Source: a virus | Direction: 5' to 3' (one strand) | DNA length: 64,000 bases | IMG/VR virus record: IMGVR_UViG_3300025009_000054 | Coordinates: 1 to 64,000 of that record | Shown: positions 1-9,667 of the stretch, piece by piece | Layout: every line of letters begins with the position of its first letter | How positions within the stretch are numbered: the first letter of the stretch is position 1 | Program-made: the position numbers and the translations under genes | Notes under the pieces: generated by a model | What the model saw: only the letters and a program-made list of their open reading frames with translations | Told to the model about the DNA's origin: nothing | Databases searched by the model: none

Positions 1-613
1 TTATTTTCTGACCCTTCAAATAGTTATGATCACGTACATAGTGTCTAATAAGATCAGCTATCTTATCGACATACTGTGAGTGCTGAGGGTGTACTGTAAT
101 ATCAAAATACTGTTCATTAAGACAAGTGGACAGTACATATTTTATTATGTTGCCATCAATACTCGCTGATGAGTGGTAATATGCACCAATCACCATAGTC
201 TCAAACTTCCTATATCTTACCTCGAATTCGGATTGTTGGTATGGAATTTCCCCACCAAATCTGTCCATTCGGTATGGTCCTGCAACCGCATTTGGCATGA
301 CCACAGCATCTATAGCCTTTGCGTAATGTGGGGTTAAATATGCGTCGTACGACACCGTTGATTCATACATGTCGCCATGTGTGCAACCAAGGTATTTTGC
401 CATCCTGATGATAGTGCCATCTGGTTCATCCTCATCATCTTGTGATATTGGTCTTGACATGATCTGTAGCAATTGTGTGAATGTCAGGGTACTCAATGGC
501 TGACTCATAAGATTGTTGATCTCGAACATCGTTTGCTCTTCAGCCTGTCCTATTACCGCAGTAGTAGTGCTCTCTACCGGTGTACATGGCGTTGTTTCAA
601 GTTGTTGCCCCAT
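1..613 (-). CDS. hypothetical protein, truncated at window edge
   Basis: My translation from ATG 613 (MGQQLETTPC...) stays open to base 2 and ends ...HNYLKGQKI. GGAGG at 619-623 and a promoter motif at 643-675 lie upstream. Not in the ORF track. Confidence 0.75.
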   Translation of the reverse strand, partial: MGQQLETTPCTPVESTTTAVIGQAEEQTMFEINNLMSQPLSTLTFTQLLQIMSRPISQDDEDEPDGTIIRMAKYLGCTHGDMYESTVSYDAYLTPHYAKAIDAVVMPNAVAGPYRMDRFGGEIPYQQSEFEVRYRKFETMVIGAYYHSSASIDGNIIKYVLSTCLNEQYFDITVHPQHSQYVDKIADLIRHYVRDHNYLKGQKI

Positions 614-642
614 TATATCCTCCAAGGCGAAGTGTCGCCAAA

Positions 643-675
643 AGTGTAGACGTCTACAGCGACCAAGATGTCGCC
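643..675 (-). promoter_or_regulatory. ECF-type promoter motif copy
   Basis: Plus strand AGTGTAGACG-N17-GTCGCC. Confidence 0.7.
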
Positions 676-679
676 AACT

Positions 680-1036
680 TTATTTCTCTTCATTTTCCAA
701 CATATGTTCCAGTATCGTTCCTTTATAGAAGTCCTCCACTGGTACCCAAAATTTATGCACCATTACGTGATACGATACACCACTAAACGCGTTATATAAT
801 TCTTCTATTTGATTATGAAGTGTGGAATAATGCTCATATAACATGTTCATACGAACGTCGTATGCTATATTATCATCATATATATTAAATGGTATAGGCG
901 CATCGATCATAGCTATAGACTTTTCGTCTATAGCGTTACGCATCCTTTCGCGGTAATTAAACACCTTATTATTACGCTCACTTACAATTATGGTCCATAT
1001 TATAGCAAGGACACACACTACCATGAGTATAGCCAT
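680..1036 (-). CDS. hypothetical protein with N-terminal TM helix
   Basis: ORF track; hydrophobic N-terminus. Confidence 0.7.
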   Translation of the reverse strand: MAILMVVCVLAIIWTIIVSERNNKVFNYRERMRNAIDEKSIAMIDAPIPFNIYDDNIAYDVRMNMLYEHYSTLHNQIEELYNAFSGVSYHVMVHKFWVPVEDFYKGTILEHMLENEEK

Positions 1037-1039
1037 TGT

Positions 1040-1645
1040 TTACCACCCCTTATCTAGACGCTCTTGTTGGGCATCATATATTTCTTGTATTATAATGTCA
1101 AGATTTGCTAGTGCTCCTATACCATCCGCGCCGCATGCAAGTTTTTTTCTCTGCGGTTCAACAACTGTCACAAACATTTCCTCAAGAGCCACTATATTAT
1201 GCATCGTGGGCTTACTATACCACATATTGGTATTCATGGCCGGAGCTACTACTAACGGTACACTCTGTGGCCTTGCGAGTACCACTGATGTCAGTAAATT
1301 ATCGGCGATACCGTTTACTATTTTGGCAATAGTATTTGCGGTTGCTGGTGCGATAACTATAACATCTGCCCATATCGCGAGTTCCACGTGCAACACTTTT
1401 TGATCTTTCACGTATTGATCTAAAATGACTCCATCATTACACCATTCTTCATACTCATGAAATAATCGAAAGTGCAGGTTGGTCTGAGATAGAACATGTA
1501 ACGCTGCCCTATCAGGCAAGAAGAAGTATTCAGCTTTCTCTGTGTAGACCATCTTTACGTCATGGCCTTCCTCAAGCAACATCTTTACAAATTTTAGCGT
1601 AAGGGTAGAGGCTACGCTACCAGTTACTCCAAGCAATATTTTCAT
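1040..1645 (-). CDS. coaC: phosphopantothenoylcysteine decarboxylase-like flavoprotein (HFCD family)
   Basis: KILLGVTGSVA, HVELAIWADVIVIAPATANTIAKIVNGIADNLLT, PAMNTNMW and LACGADGIG motifs. Confidence 0.9.
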   Translation of the reverse strand: MKILLGVTGSVASTLTLKFVKMLLEEGHDVKMVYTEKAEYFFLPDRAALHVLSQTNLHFRLFHEYEEWCNDGVILDQYVKDQKVLHVELAIWADVIVIAPATANTIAKIVNGIADNLLTSVVLARPQSVPLVVAPAMNTNMWYSKPTMHNIVALEEMFVTVVEPQRKKLACGADGIGALANLDIIIQEIYDAQQERLDKGW

Positions 1646-2301
1646 TTTAGATACTCCAACACTACCTTTCTAAGCATGAACGGCAGGTGATTTCGCTTCA
1701 CGTTCATGCAAGCGTCTTTATCGATTATGTACGCTCTCTGTGTGAACCACTCGAAGCAATTTGCAACGATTAGATCAGCATTAGAGTGTTCCATACTCTT
1801 CTTCGCGACGTCTATGAGCTGTTCATCAGTCATACCGGACTGCAACTTAAACTTCACGAGTACCCCTTTGAAGCCCCATCCGCGTATTCGATCGATAATC
1901 TTTGGTAGTTTTACCATAGTCATACGCATGGTATTAAAGTCCGAGCCTATCTTCGTAGATCGGTCTTGTTCTACCCATTCACCGTCCACAAGGGCTTCGA
2001 CAGTACTCACATCGTAGTCATTTACAGCCGCAGAATGAATTACTACGTCCGGTTGGTACTCCACGATACACTTCTTCATAAAGTCATGCAAATGTGTGAA
2101 AGTGTGAAACTTCATCACCTGCACTCCAGGCAAGCTCTCCCTCTTTACTCTATCGTCAGAAGTTAGTAGTATTACTTCATCGCCCTGCTCAGCGAAATAC
2201 TCAGCGATCTGAGTACCTGTCGACCCCCTGAATTTATTCTTAATCACACGAACAGTGTCTATCTCGGACTCTGTCGGTCCACCAGTTACTAGTACTAGCA
2301 T
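1642..2301 (-). CDS. coaB: phosphopantothenate-cysteine ligase-like protein (DFP domain)
   Basis: VLVTGGPTESEIDTVRVIKNKFRGSTG, IHSAAVNDY, VKFKL and ADLIVAN motifs; 4-nt overlap with coaC. Confidence 0.88.
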   Translation of the reverse strand: MLVLVTGGPTESEIDTVRVIKNKFRGSTGTQIAEYFAEQGDEVILLTSDDRVKRESLPGVQVMKFHTFTHLHDFMKKCIVEYQPDVVIHSAAVNDYDVSTVEALVDGEWVEQDRSTKIGSDFNTMRMTMVKLPKIIDRIRGWGFKGVLVKFKLQSGMTDEQLIDVAKKSMEHSNADLIVANCFEWFTQRAYIIDKDACMNVKRNHLPFMLRKVVLEYLK

Positions 2302-2747
2302 TTCTGTTCCTCCTCAGGTTTACGTGGTACAAAATTTGTTGGCCGATCACATTCAGTTATATCCCGTACGGTAACTTGACAGTTCGCACAGGGTCCGCTA
2401 CAATCTTGGAAGTGGGTATGTGCACATGCACATTCTACACAATACTTCACAGCCACTAGATAGGAGTGGGTCCCACCATGATCAATTACAACACGGTTTA
2501 AAACTTGCATACTTGCCTGACCGCCATCTACTGAAGCGACAGGCAAACCTGTAAGTTTTTCAACTACCGATATGAGCTGTAGTATCTCTGAATTAGCGTC
2601 AACTACATCACTTGCAAAATCTCCGGCGTATCCAGCCGCGTCTTCATGGGATATACCATCGGCCATGGCCTCATCATACTTTGAGACATCTTTTCTGCGT
2701 ACCTCTACATTGCGCCTAATATCGTCTAGATTAATCTGCTCTGGCAT
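2295..2747 (-). CDS. hypothetical protein, Cys-rich C-terminus
   Basis: ORF track; RBS upstream. Confidence 0.7.
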   Translation of the reverse strand: MPEQINLDDIRRNVEVRRKDVSKYDEAMADGISHEDAAGYAGDFASDVVDANSEILQLISVVEKLTGLPVASVDGGQASMQVLNRVVIDHGGTHSYLVAVKYCVECACAHTHFQDCSGPCANCQVTVRDITECDRPTNFVPRKPEEEQKC

Positions 2748-2758
2748 AATACCTCCTA

Positions 2759-3115
2759 CTACCTATTGTCGGACCAATACGCACATTTTATTCTCCACGT
2801 CTTACCGCGATGTGTACATGGACCATTAAAATTGACGTGGCATGTTTGGCATCCATGCATATCTGGATTATATTCGCAATCTTTCTGATGATCTTGCATA
2901 GATTCGATAGTCGAATGTGTGCTGTGGCAGTACGGGCATTCAAATTTATGTACGTCACTACTATACATAAATTTGCACACGCAATCTACCTGGGTCTGTG
3001 GCTTACATTTAGGTGGACACGTACTATTACGCATATTGCATGTGATTGCGCCAATACCAAAAGCTTTCCACAAGACCGAACGTTCCATATCTATTTTATT
3101 ATATTTATCTGGCAC
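2759..3115 (-). CDS. Cys-rich hypothetical protein (Zn-finger-like CPYC..H...C)
   Basis: ORF track. Confidence 0.65.
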   Translation of the reverse strand: MPDKYNKIDMERSVLWKAFGIGAITCNMRNSTCPPKCKPQTQVDCVCKFMYSSDVHKFECPYCHSTHSTIESMQDHQKDCEYNPDMHGCQTCHVNFNGPCTHRGKTWRIKCAYWSDNR

Positions 3116-3440
3116 TAGCTACAGCCTCCTCCCACGTCATAGCGGAACATGCGTACGCCCTACACGCATCAGTCATAGCACTAACACTCTTTATCGGTGG
3201 TACACCGTGGTCAATAGACCCTTTATGGGCATATGACGTGCCATCGCTGTACGCGTCTGAGTGTATCCGCACACTAAATTCGCAGCCCTTACACTTACAC
3301 TTAGCTTCCCACCTATTAGTATATATCCGCTTTCCAGCAGTACTTATTATTGTGAGATGTTTATAACTGCCGAGTTCATGCCCTTCCATTAGGAATTCAC
3401 GTAATTTTACATACCTCTTCTTAAGCTCTATTCGTTCCAT
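3105..3440 (-). CDS. hypothetical protein
   Basis: Start reassigned to MERIELKK, with GGAGG at 3449-3453. Confidence 0.65.
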   Translation of the reverse strand: MERIELKKRYVKLREFLMEGHELGSYKHLTIISTAGKRIYTNRWEAKCKCKGCEFSVRIHSDAYSDGTSYAHKGSIDHGVPPIKSVSAMTDACRAYACSAMTWEEAVASAR

Positions 3441-3444
3441 TATC

Positions 3445-3657
3445 TTATCCTCCAGGTCGTTTACATTGAACTGCTTTTGCGATAAAGTTATGGGTAAATA
3501 TCCTAAACTCTTCTGCCAATTCATTACTAACTGGACCTTGGTACCCATATGATCCTCCAATAGGGTTTTGCTCACTATTGTCAAATTGTATAGATACGAG
3601 CATGCGATTATCTTCCTTAGCGGCATTCCTCATATCTCTGGTATACGATATAGCCAT
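3445..3657 (-). CDS. hypothetical protein
   Basis: ORF track; packs between neighbouring genes. Confidence 0.6.
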   Translation of the reverse strand: MAISYTRDMRNAAKEDNRMLVSIQFDNSEQNPIGGSYGYQGPVSNELAEEFRIFTHNFIAKAVQCKRPGG

Positions 3658-3661
3658 TGTC

Positions 3662-4876
3662 CTATCCTTTCACTACTGCTAGTGGCCTGAGTTTAGTAAC
3701 AATACTAACTAAATCTTCCTGGTTAGCCATTACGGTATCTATATCTTTATATGCTGATGGAGCTTCATCTAACTTACTCTGATTGGTTAATGAATGCAGT
3801 ATACCACGCTTATTCAGGCTTTTAGTCTCATCTATAAGAGAAAGCTTCCGAATAGCCTCTTTTCTCCCCATGGTCCTCCCAGCGCCATGTGAACAAGACA
3901 TGAAAGACGCATCGTTCCCAAGGCCACTGACGATATAGCTGTTCGTACCTTGTGAACCTGGTATAATACCAAGCTCTCCAGTACGAGCTCTAGTCGCACC
4001 TTTTCTGTGCACCATAACATCCACACCATCATGATGTTCCATGGCGGCATAATTATGGTGTATATTAACTTCTTGCACAAAACAACACCCTATACTATCA
4101 GCTAGTATGCCCTTGACAACATCTATCATGAACTGTCTATTTGCTTTAGCAAACATTAAACAGTATTCCATTTCACGGATATATGACCGACCAATACCCT
4201 CATTCATAGGTAAAAACGCCAGCTCCCATTCTTTTGGTACCGTTGAATACCAAATTTTATTTAGGTCCATAGCGGCATCATTATAGTAATCGCACACTTT
4301 CTTACCTAGATTACGGGATCCGGAATGTAACATAATCCACAGATTATCTTCTTCATCTGCTTGCAATTCAATAAAGTGATTTCCACCACCAAGTGTACCG
4401 AGAGAGTATCTAGCTTTCTCATATTCTTGTGATACTATCGGATACAGTTCGTGATTTTTAACCATATCCGATTGTGTAAACCATTCAACTGTACGTGGCA
4501 TCAGTGAATGAGAACACGGCTTATCCATGTGGTTGAAGCCCACAGGAATCGTCGTCATTATCTTAGCTTTAATTAATTTAAGTGTTTCTATGTTTGGGAC
4601 CTTTGCATCAGTCTTAACAGCACCCATTCCGCACCCTATGTCTACCCCGACAGCGTTTGGTATGACATATTCACGTGCACCGATTATACCTCCGATTGGC
4701 ATACCGTATCCAGGATGGCCATCTGGTGTTAACGCTACCCGCCCATGAAGAAATGGCAACCTTGCTAGATTCTCGGTTTGCTTAACTAGTACATCATCAT
4801 TAAAATAAGCATGCCTATCCAACCAAACCGAGATAGGTATTTTATGCCCATCTTCCTTATCCATATATGTGAACAT
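3662..4876 (-). CDS. rtcB: RNA-splicing/repair ligase RtcB
   Basis: PDGHPGYGMPIGG, VGVDIGCG, LGTLGGGNHFIE, HSGSR, HHNYA, HRKGAT, SCSHGAGR and DEAPSAYKDI motifs. Confidence 0.97.
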   Translation of the reverse strand: MFTYMDKEDGHKIPISVWLDRHAYFNDDVLVKQTENLARLPFLHGRVALTPDGHPGYGMPIGGIIGAREYVIPNAVGVDIGCGMGAVKTDAKVPNIETLKLIKAKIMTTIPVGFNHMDKPCSHSLMPRTVEWFTQSDMVKNHELYPIVSQEYEKARYSLGTLGGGNHFIELQADEEDNLWIMLHSGSRNLGKKVCDYYNDAAMDLNKIWYSTVPKEWELAFLPMNEGIGRSYIREMEYCLMFAKANRQFMIDVVKGILADSIGCCFVQEVNIHHNYAAMEHHDGVDVMVHRKGATRARTGELGIIPGSQGTNSYIVSGLGNDASFMSCSHGAGRTMGRKEAIRKLSLIDETKSLNKRGILHSLTNQSKLDEAPSAYKDIDTVMANQEDLVSIVTKLRPLAVVKG

Positions 4877-4893
4877 CTTTGACTCCCCACTAC

Positions 4894-5130
4894 CTACGCA
4901 GCACTAGGCGTATCATCGCCGAATCCAAGACGTTTCAATTGATCTTTATCAGATACAAATGCGCCTTGCATATCGAGCCCAAGGCTATCGGTAAATGCTA
5001 CTATCTGTTTGAGCGTCATTTCAGAATCTACCATAGCCTGTGCTAGCTGGTCCGACGTAATAGTTATCGGACCTCTATCATTTGTCAATTCTTCCGGTTT
5101 TACCCACGTAAGCCCCATTACTACCTCCAC
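4894..5130 (-). CDS. hypothetical protein
   Basis: ORF track. Confidence 0.6.
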   Translation of the reverse strand: MEVVMGLTWVKPEELTNDRGPITITSDQLAQAMVDSEMTLKQIVAFTDSLGLDMQGAFVSDKDQLKRLGFGDDTPSAA

Positions 5131-5586
5131 CTATAGCATTTTACTCATTCTAGCCACGAGATTTTGTAACCAAGGGATGTGATGACTCTGATTTGCATTG
5201 ATCAATGACGTATATGCCTTGGTTAATACCTCCTGATCGCTGAGAGGCCAGTCACCACAATCATTGACCGACCTTATTAGCACATACAGAATAAGATCAT
5301 CCCTCTCCTTTTCAGCCTTTTCAGCACGTTCCTGAGCTATTCTATGTCTATCATCTGATGCTATTGCAGCTTTTTCCCACTCGTCAGATCGTATTGTCTC
5401 CTCTTCAAGTTTAATTGTGAGGTTCGCTATTTGCTCTTTTAACTGCGGTATTTGGTTCATGCAGCATTCCGCACCGCCAGTCTCGTGTTTGATCGTGCGA
5501 CAAAAATTGGCACCAAAGTCACCCGTATTGCCTGTGCAATACTCCATTTTCGTCCCACACTTCGGGCATATTTCTTCATTTGCCAT
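5131..5586 (-). CDS. hypothetical protein, N-terminal CPKC Zn ribbon plus coiled coil
   Basis: ORF track. Confidence 0.7.
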   Translation of the reverse strand: MANEEICPKCGTKMEYCTGNTGDFGANFCRTIKHETGGAECCMNQIPQLKEQIANLTIKLEEETIRSDEWEKAAIASDDRHRIAQERAEKAEKERDDLILYVLIRSVNDCGDWPLSDQEVLTKAYTSLINANQSHHIPWLQNLVARMSKML

Positions 5587-6013
5587 TGTTTCTCCACCTC
5601 ATAAACTTCGTCAGGCACATTGCAACTGCTTCTACCTTTGATTCGCTTTCCGCGTCTATATTAAATATGCAGTTACATTCACTATTAAATATAGCTACTG
5701 AACACTCCCAGGTATTATCTTTATGTACGAAAATCGCGTCCATCACATCTTCCTTGAACGCATCGATCACGTCGTCTATCCTTGGTAGAAGGAATATTCC
5801 GGTGGGATTCGTAAACTCACCACCTGTTTTGTACCCGTTAGTATATATGGTAACGTAGTACTCCATATCTGTACGGGACACCCCAGTGATCATTCCTATA
5901 TCGTCCTGGTTAATCCAGTCGGCGTATATTATATCACCTATCTTCCATTTTCTACCAGTCCAGACACCAAGGTCATTAAGCTCCCTCGATTTCTCAATAC
6001 TCAGGTAGTCCAT
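5576..6013 (-). CDS. hypothetical phage protein
   Basis: ORF track; overlaps neighbours. Confidence 0.7.
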   Translation of the reverse strand: MDYLSIEKSRELNDLGVWTGRKWKIGDIIYADWINQDDIGMITGVSRTDMEYYVTIYTNGYKTGGEFTNPTGIFLLPRIDDVIDAFKEDVMDAIFVHKDNTWECSVAIFNSECNCIFNIDAESESKVEAVAMCLTKFMRWRNNGK

Positions 6014-6204
6014 TACCCCTCCCCACCAAGCTCTTTGTTTAGCTTTGCTATAATCGCATCGGACTTTTCTATGGACTTCTCAAGCCTATTTATATGCATT
6101 TGCAAGTGTGCGATAACGATCTTGCTAAGGTTAAATACGGTTATTATTGTTAGTATATGTACTACAAACGATATTGCCAGTAGTAAGAATATCACGTGGT
6201 TCAT
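6013..6204 (-). CDS. small membrane protein
   Basis: MNHVIFLLLAISFVV hydrophobic helix. Confidence 0.6.
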   Translation of the reverse strand: MNHVIFLLLAISFVVHILTIITVFNLSKIVIAHLQMHINRLEKSIEKSDAIIAKLNKELGGEG

Positions 6205-6389
6205 TTCTCTGTCACCACCTTCATCCAATTATCGGTACATTCGGTCACTCTACCTTCGCTAAACTTAAATCCACTTTTTATATCAGTGGCTCTAACGTAG
6301 TCACCGATATTCACTTCTTCCTGTTTTACTTCTACCCAAGTACCGTCAGGATTCCTCTTCTCCACTTTGAACACATTCTTCTTCCGCAT
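6201..6389 (-). CDS. hypothetical protein
   Basis: ORF track. Confidence 0.55.
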   Translation of the reverse strand: MRKKNVFKVEKRNPDGTWVEVKQEEVNIGDYVRATDIKSGFKFSEGRVTECTDNWMKVVTEK

Positions 6390-7026
6390 CTTCTTTACCT
6401 CTCATCTTGCATGGAAACAGCATCTCAGGATGTGTCAGAAGCTCATGCAACCTCTTCTTCTGCCACTCTTTATGCTCCGTTATATCATTTTCAAAATACA
6501 TACTATTCCTAGCACTTCTAACTACGTCGGTAAAGTCTTCTAGTTCGTTGTCATTACAACACGTGAGCCCTTCTATGAGGTAGTACACGGCATCTACTAT
6601 ATAGCTATTTGTATCTAGGCTGTCGATACGTTTTGTAAGGCTTTCTACCGGTCCATCGTATCTGCATAGTTCATCTATATCTATTTTCCCAAGTAGGTAT
6701 TCCTTACATGCATCAACGGCATCTTTGACGAGTTTTACGTCCTCTGCCGTACATTCACGATCACCAGTGCGCTCTTCAAAGTTCTCGTATACATGCTCTA
6801 CGCAGAGATACGCGAACGTTTTTAATATGCGATCGCGCTCCTCTTCCTGGCTTTCGTCTTTAATTTCCGATATTCCCCACATGGTATACTCGGCATCGAA
6901 TTCTAGTGCCTTTTCCACTGGTATAGGCGTATCGTAATCGTAGTTTTCGAGTATTGCGTCTATTGCATCCCTGCCACTATAACACGGCCCAGCATCAAGC
7001 AGCTCTCTCTTAGTTATGCTTAGCAT
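6346..7026 (-). CDS. acidic hypothetical protein, paralogue of 7010..7642
   Basis: Shared MLxITxxEL...PC..GR start and LHExLTHPEMLFPCK end. Confidence 0.8.
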   Translation of the reverse strand: MLSITKRELLDAGPCYSGRDAIDAILENYDYDTPIPVEKALEFDAEYTMWGISEIKDESQEEERDRILKTFAYLCVEHVYENFEERTGDRECTAEDVKLVKDAVDACKEYLLGKIDIDELCRYDGPVESLTKRIDSLDTNSYIVDAVYYLIEGLTCCNDNELEDFTDVVRSARNSMYFENDITEHKEWQKKRLHELLTHPEMLFPCKMRGKEDAEEECVQSGEEES

Positions 7027-7642
7027 CTTCGTCCTCCTTACATGGAAACAGCATTTCTGGGTGTGTTAATATCTCGTGTAGCTTGACCACCTGCCACTTA
7101 TCTTCCGCCTCTATGTCTTCCGCAGCAAGTCTAGCATAGTGCAGCGTACTGTAGAAATCTGTTGGTATACATGCGTAGTCTACGAGATCATCGACAAGGT
7201 GATATACAGAGCTTAGTATGTTACCGTCTATCCCATCAGGGCGACCCCCATATACCAGATCAGACATTATATCCCTCTGATCTACCATATCATCTGCTCT
7301 AGTCTTACCGAGCAGATGATCTTTGCACATCTCCATGGTACTCTTAACCGTTTCTATACACTCAAGTTCATCGCAATCATCAGTCTTCATTGCGATGAGA
7401 CTCGCGCATGCTCTATCCACGCAAAGGTATGCGTACGTCTTCAGGGTGCGGTCACTCTCTTCTTTCTGATCCCCACGGATCTCTGCTATACCCCATGCAG
7501 CCCACTCCGCAGGAAATCCGAGTATGTCATCTGGTGTGAGTACTCTGTCATCGTCATACCCCTCGAACAGTTTGTCCATCATTTCTCTGCCTTCTCTACA
7601 TGGACTGGCGCTGTATAGTTCTTTCACCGTAATTGTAAGCAT
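7010..7642 (-). CDS. acidic hypothetical protein, paralogue of 6346..7026
   Basis: Same shared motifs. Confidence 0.8.
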   Translation of the reverse strand: MLTITVKELYSASPCREGREMMDKLFEGYDDDRVLTPDDILGFPAEWAAWGIAEIRGDQKEESDRTLKTYAYLCVDRACASLIAMKTDDCDELECIETVKSTMEMCKDHLLGKTRADDMVDQRDIMSDLVYGGRPDGIDGNILSSVYHLVDDLVDYACIPTDFYSTLHYARLAAEDIEAEDKWQVVKLHEILTHPEMLFPCKEDEDAKHN

Positions 7643-8148
7643 TGTCTCTTTCCTTTCCTCTCTAGTACATTAATATTCCGGATATATCCGTATATCAATG
7701 GTATATATCCATATACCAATTCTGACTACGAGATCATAACTTCATCAAAGCTCTTTGCTACCTCCTCATTCGCTATTCCGACTATCTCCGGTGCTAGTAT
7801 GCCTATTTCTAGTACATGTATATTCCCAACTGGGTTCCAATACAAAAGCAGCCTAGTATACACTATACGTCATATGGGTCCCCGACACAGATTTTGCTGA
7901 ATAGTATATGTGGGGATTGTCGCTGGGTAGGGAGACGAAGCCCTACCCAGCGTGTGTTGGAGGATCACGACGCGTCAGTGGGATTTGATTCTACGATGCA
8001 CCTTCCATCGCATGAAAATTTGCCACAGTGGGAGCACTGGGGGAAGTGAGTTTCTGCCATCTGAATCATCTTTTCTTCGATAGTCATTTCGTTAGACATT
8101 AACATCTCCTCGTTTTAATTTACCCTAGTGCCCCCAACTTTTGACCGT

Positions 8149-8550
8149 CTACGCGGTCTTGTTTATTGAGTCCATGATTGATTGCGAAATTGCTGCTTCA
8201 TCAACTTTAGTCTTTGTTGCTATTTCTACTGAGTAGTCGCACAGTTCTAACATCACTGTCATAGCTGTCATCGTGGCTACTATGGGTGATGAGCCCATTA
8301 TCATAGCTAGTGCCATTGTTGCCGATACAGTCTCTGCGCATCTCCTGAGTCCAGGTCTATTTCCGTACAGAGACTCTTCGATTTTCTTCTGGTACTCTAT
8401 CATAGCCTCATCACCTTGTGCCATGACTTCCTGCAGTTTCTTTGTACGCTCTTCAGAATACTTTGTGAATTCGTCTAATGCTAAATCTGGTACTTTCACT
8501 ATTTCCTCCAACGCTATATTTGTGGGGTGAGCCTCGTCGACCCACCCCAA
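8149..8550 (-). CDS. hypothetical protein
   Basis: ORF track; start uncertain. Confidence 0.55.
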   Translation of the reverse strand: MGWVDEAHPTNIALEEIVKVPDLALDEFTKYSEERTKKLQEVMAQGDEAMIEYQKKIEESLYGNRPGLRRCAETVSATMALAMIMGSSPIVATMTAMTVMLELCDYSVEIATKTKVDEAAISQSIMDSINKTA

Positions 8551-8588
8551 GGATCGCTAACCCGTTGCCAAACGGGATCACGGCAACC

Positions 8589-8861
8589 CTAAATCGCTAT
8601 ATCTGCCGTGGCTACCGATATCGATTTCGCTACTGACTCTCTACATCTCAGTATCGCCATCCTATCGTGGGTCTGTGCGATAACTAGGTAATCATCGTAG
8701 TCTGCGGTGTTACGGTAGTAGCTAGCCCATGTACCGTAGTCCTTTAGTAGCTCTGGGCAGGTCTGTTCCCGCTCTTCGTCGGGTATTTGGATGAATGTAT
8801 CCTTTTCGAACATGATGAACTTGATATCTGGCTGTTCATTCTCTCTAAACAATCTGGTCAT
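8589..8861 (-). CDS. hypothetical protein
   Basis: ORF track; initiation region GGAGGACATAGACGATG. Confidence 0.7.
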   Translation of the reverse strand: MTRLFRENEQPDIKFIMFEKDTFIQIPDEEREQTCPELLKDYGTWASYYRNTADYDDYLVIAQTHDRMAILRCRESVAKSISVATADIAI

Positions 8862-8884
8862 CGTCTATGTCCTCCAACCATTCT

Positions 8885-9064
8885 CTAAACTTCCTTCTTC
8901 TCTTCTTCGGCCTTAATCTTTTCGACCACACTGTGCAGATCGTCCCTCAGTACCTGCTTTTCGTCTTCTGGCATACTCTTGAAAAAGGCGAATGCTGCTC
9001 TTTCGTTATTGCAGAGTAACTCTTGGAATGTCTGTATGTTCTGAATTCGTGTACTTACTGCCAT
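8885..9064 (-). CDS. hypothetical 59-aa protein (MAVSTRIQ...)
   Basis: My translation; initiation region identical to that of 8589..8861; downstream of promoter 9120. Confidence 0.65.
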   Translation of the reverse strand: MAVSTRIQNIQTFQELLCNNERAAFAFFKSMPEDEKQVLRDDLHSVVEKIKAEEEKKEV

Positions 9065-9119
9065 CGTCTATGTCCTCCAACTAGTGGTGTGCGAGACGAA
9101 AAGTGTTCTCGCCTCCAAG

Positions 9120-9152
9120 AGTGTAGACGGCTGGCACCCCCGAAGTGGTGCC
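9120..9152 (-). promoter_or_regulatory. ECF-type promoter motif copy
   Basis: AGTGTAGACG-N17-GGTGCC. Confidence 0.8.
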
Positions 9153-9165
9153 AGCCGCATGTGTC

Positions 9166-9483
9166 CTAGGCGGTCTGGGCTTCGGCTGCTCTCTTCTCTG
9201 CCAGCTTCGCGGCTCCCTTCGCCCCTGCCTCTTTGAATCTGGCCTTGAGTGCGTCGGATACCACGACTGCTGTGCCTAGCTCCAGCCCCGCTGCCTCTTC
9301 GTATGCGGTGAGGTCCATCGCGTGAACTGACTTGATGTGTGTCACCAGCGAATGTGCCTGATGGTCACAAAGTGCGCACTTCACCATCTCGCCATCCAGC
9401 GAGTATCCGCGCTGTGCGGCTCGTCGGGCTGATGCTCTCTTCTTTGCTCTGTCTTTCTGTTCCTGTGTTTGTTCTGTTGCCAT
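9166..9483 (-). CDS. Ros/MucR-like C2H2 zinc-finger protein (paralogue 1)
   Basis: CALCDHQAHSLVTHIKSVHAMDLTAYEEAAGL; start reassigned to MATEQ after GGAGG. Confidence 0.75.
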   Translation of the reverse strand: MATEQTQEQKDRAKKRASARRAAQRGYSLDGEMVKCALCDHQAHSLVTHIKSVHAMDLTAYEEAAGLELGTAVVVSDALKARFKEAGAKGAAKLAEKRAAEAQTA

Positions 9484-9532
9484 TGTTGCTATCCTCCATC
9501 GCTTGGTGCGGAACACTGTGTCCGCTCCCAAG

Positions 9533-9565
9533 AGTGTAGACGCCCACCGCCCACCGAGCGGTGCC
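9533..9565 (-). promoter_or_regulatory. ECF-type promoter motif copy
   Basis: AGTGTAGACG-N17-GGTGCC. Confidence 0.8.
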
Positions 9566-9621
9566 AACCCCATGTGTCCTGGGCTGTGACCGTCCGGTGT
9601 GGGATTCCGCCCACCTCCGAG

Positions 9622-9654
9622 AGTGTAGACGTCTACCACCGATGGAATGGGGCC
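9622..9654 (-). promoter_or_regulatory. ECF-type promoter motif copy (tandem with 9533)
   Basis: AGTGTAGACG-N17-GGGGCC. Confidence 0.78.
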
Positions 9655-9667
9655 AATATGGCATATC

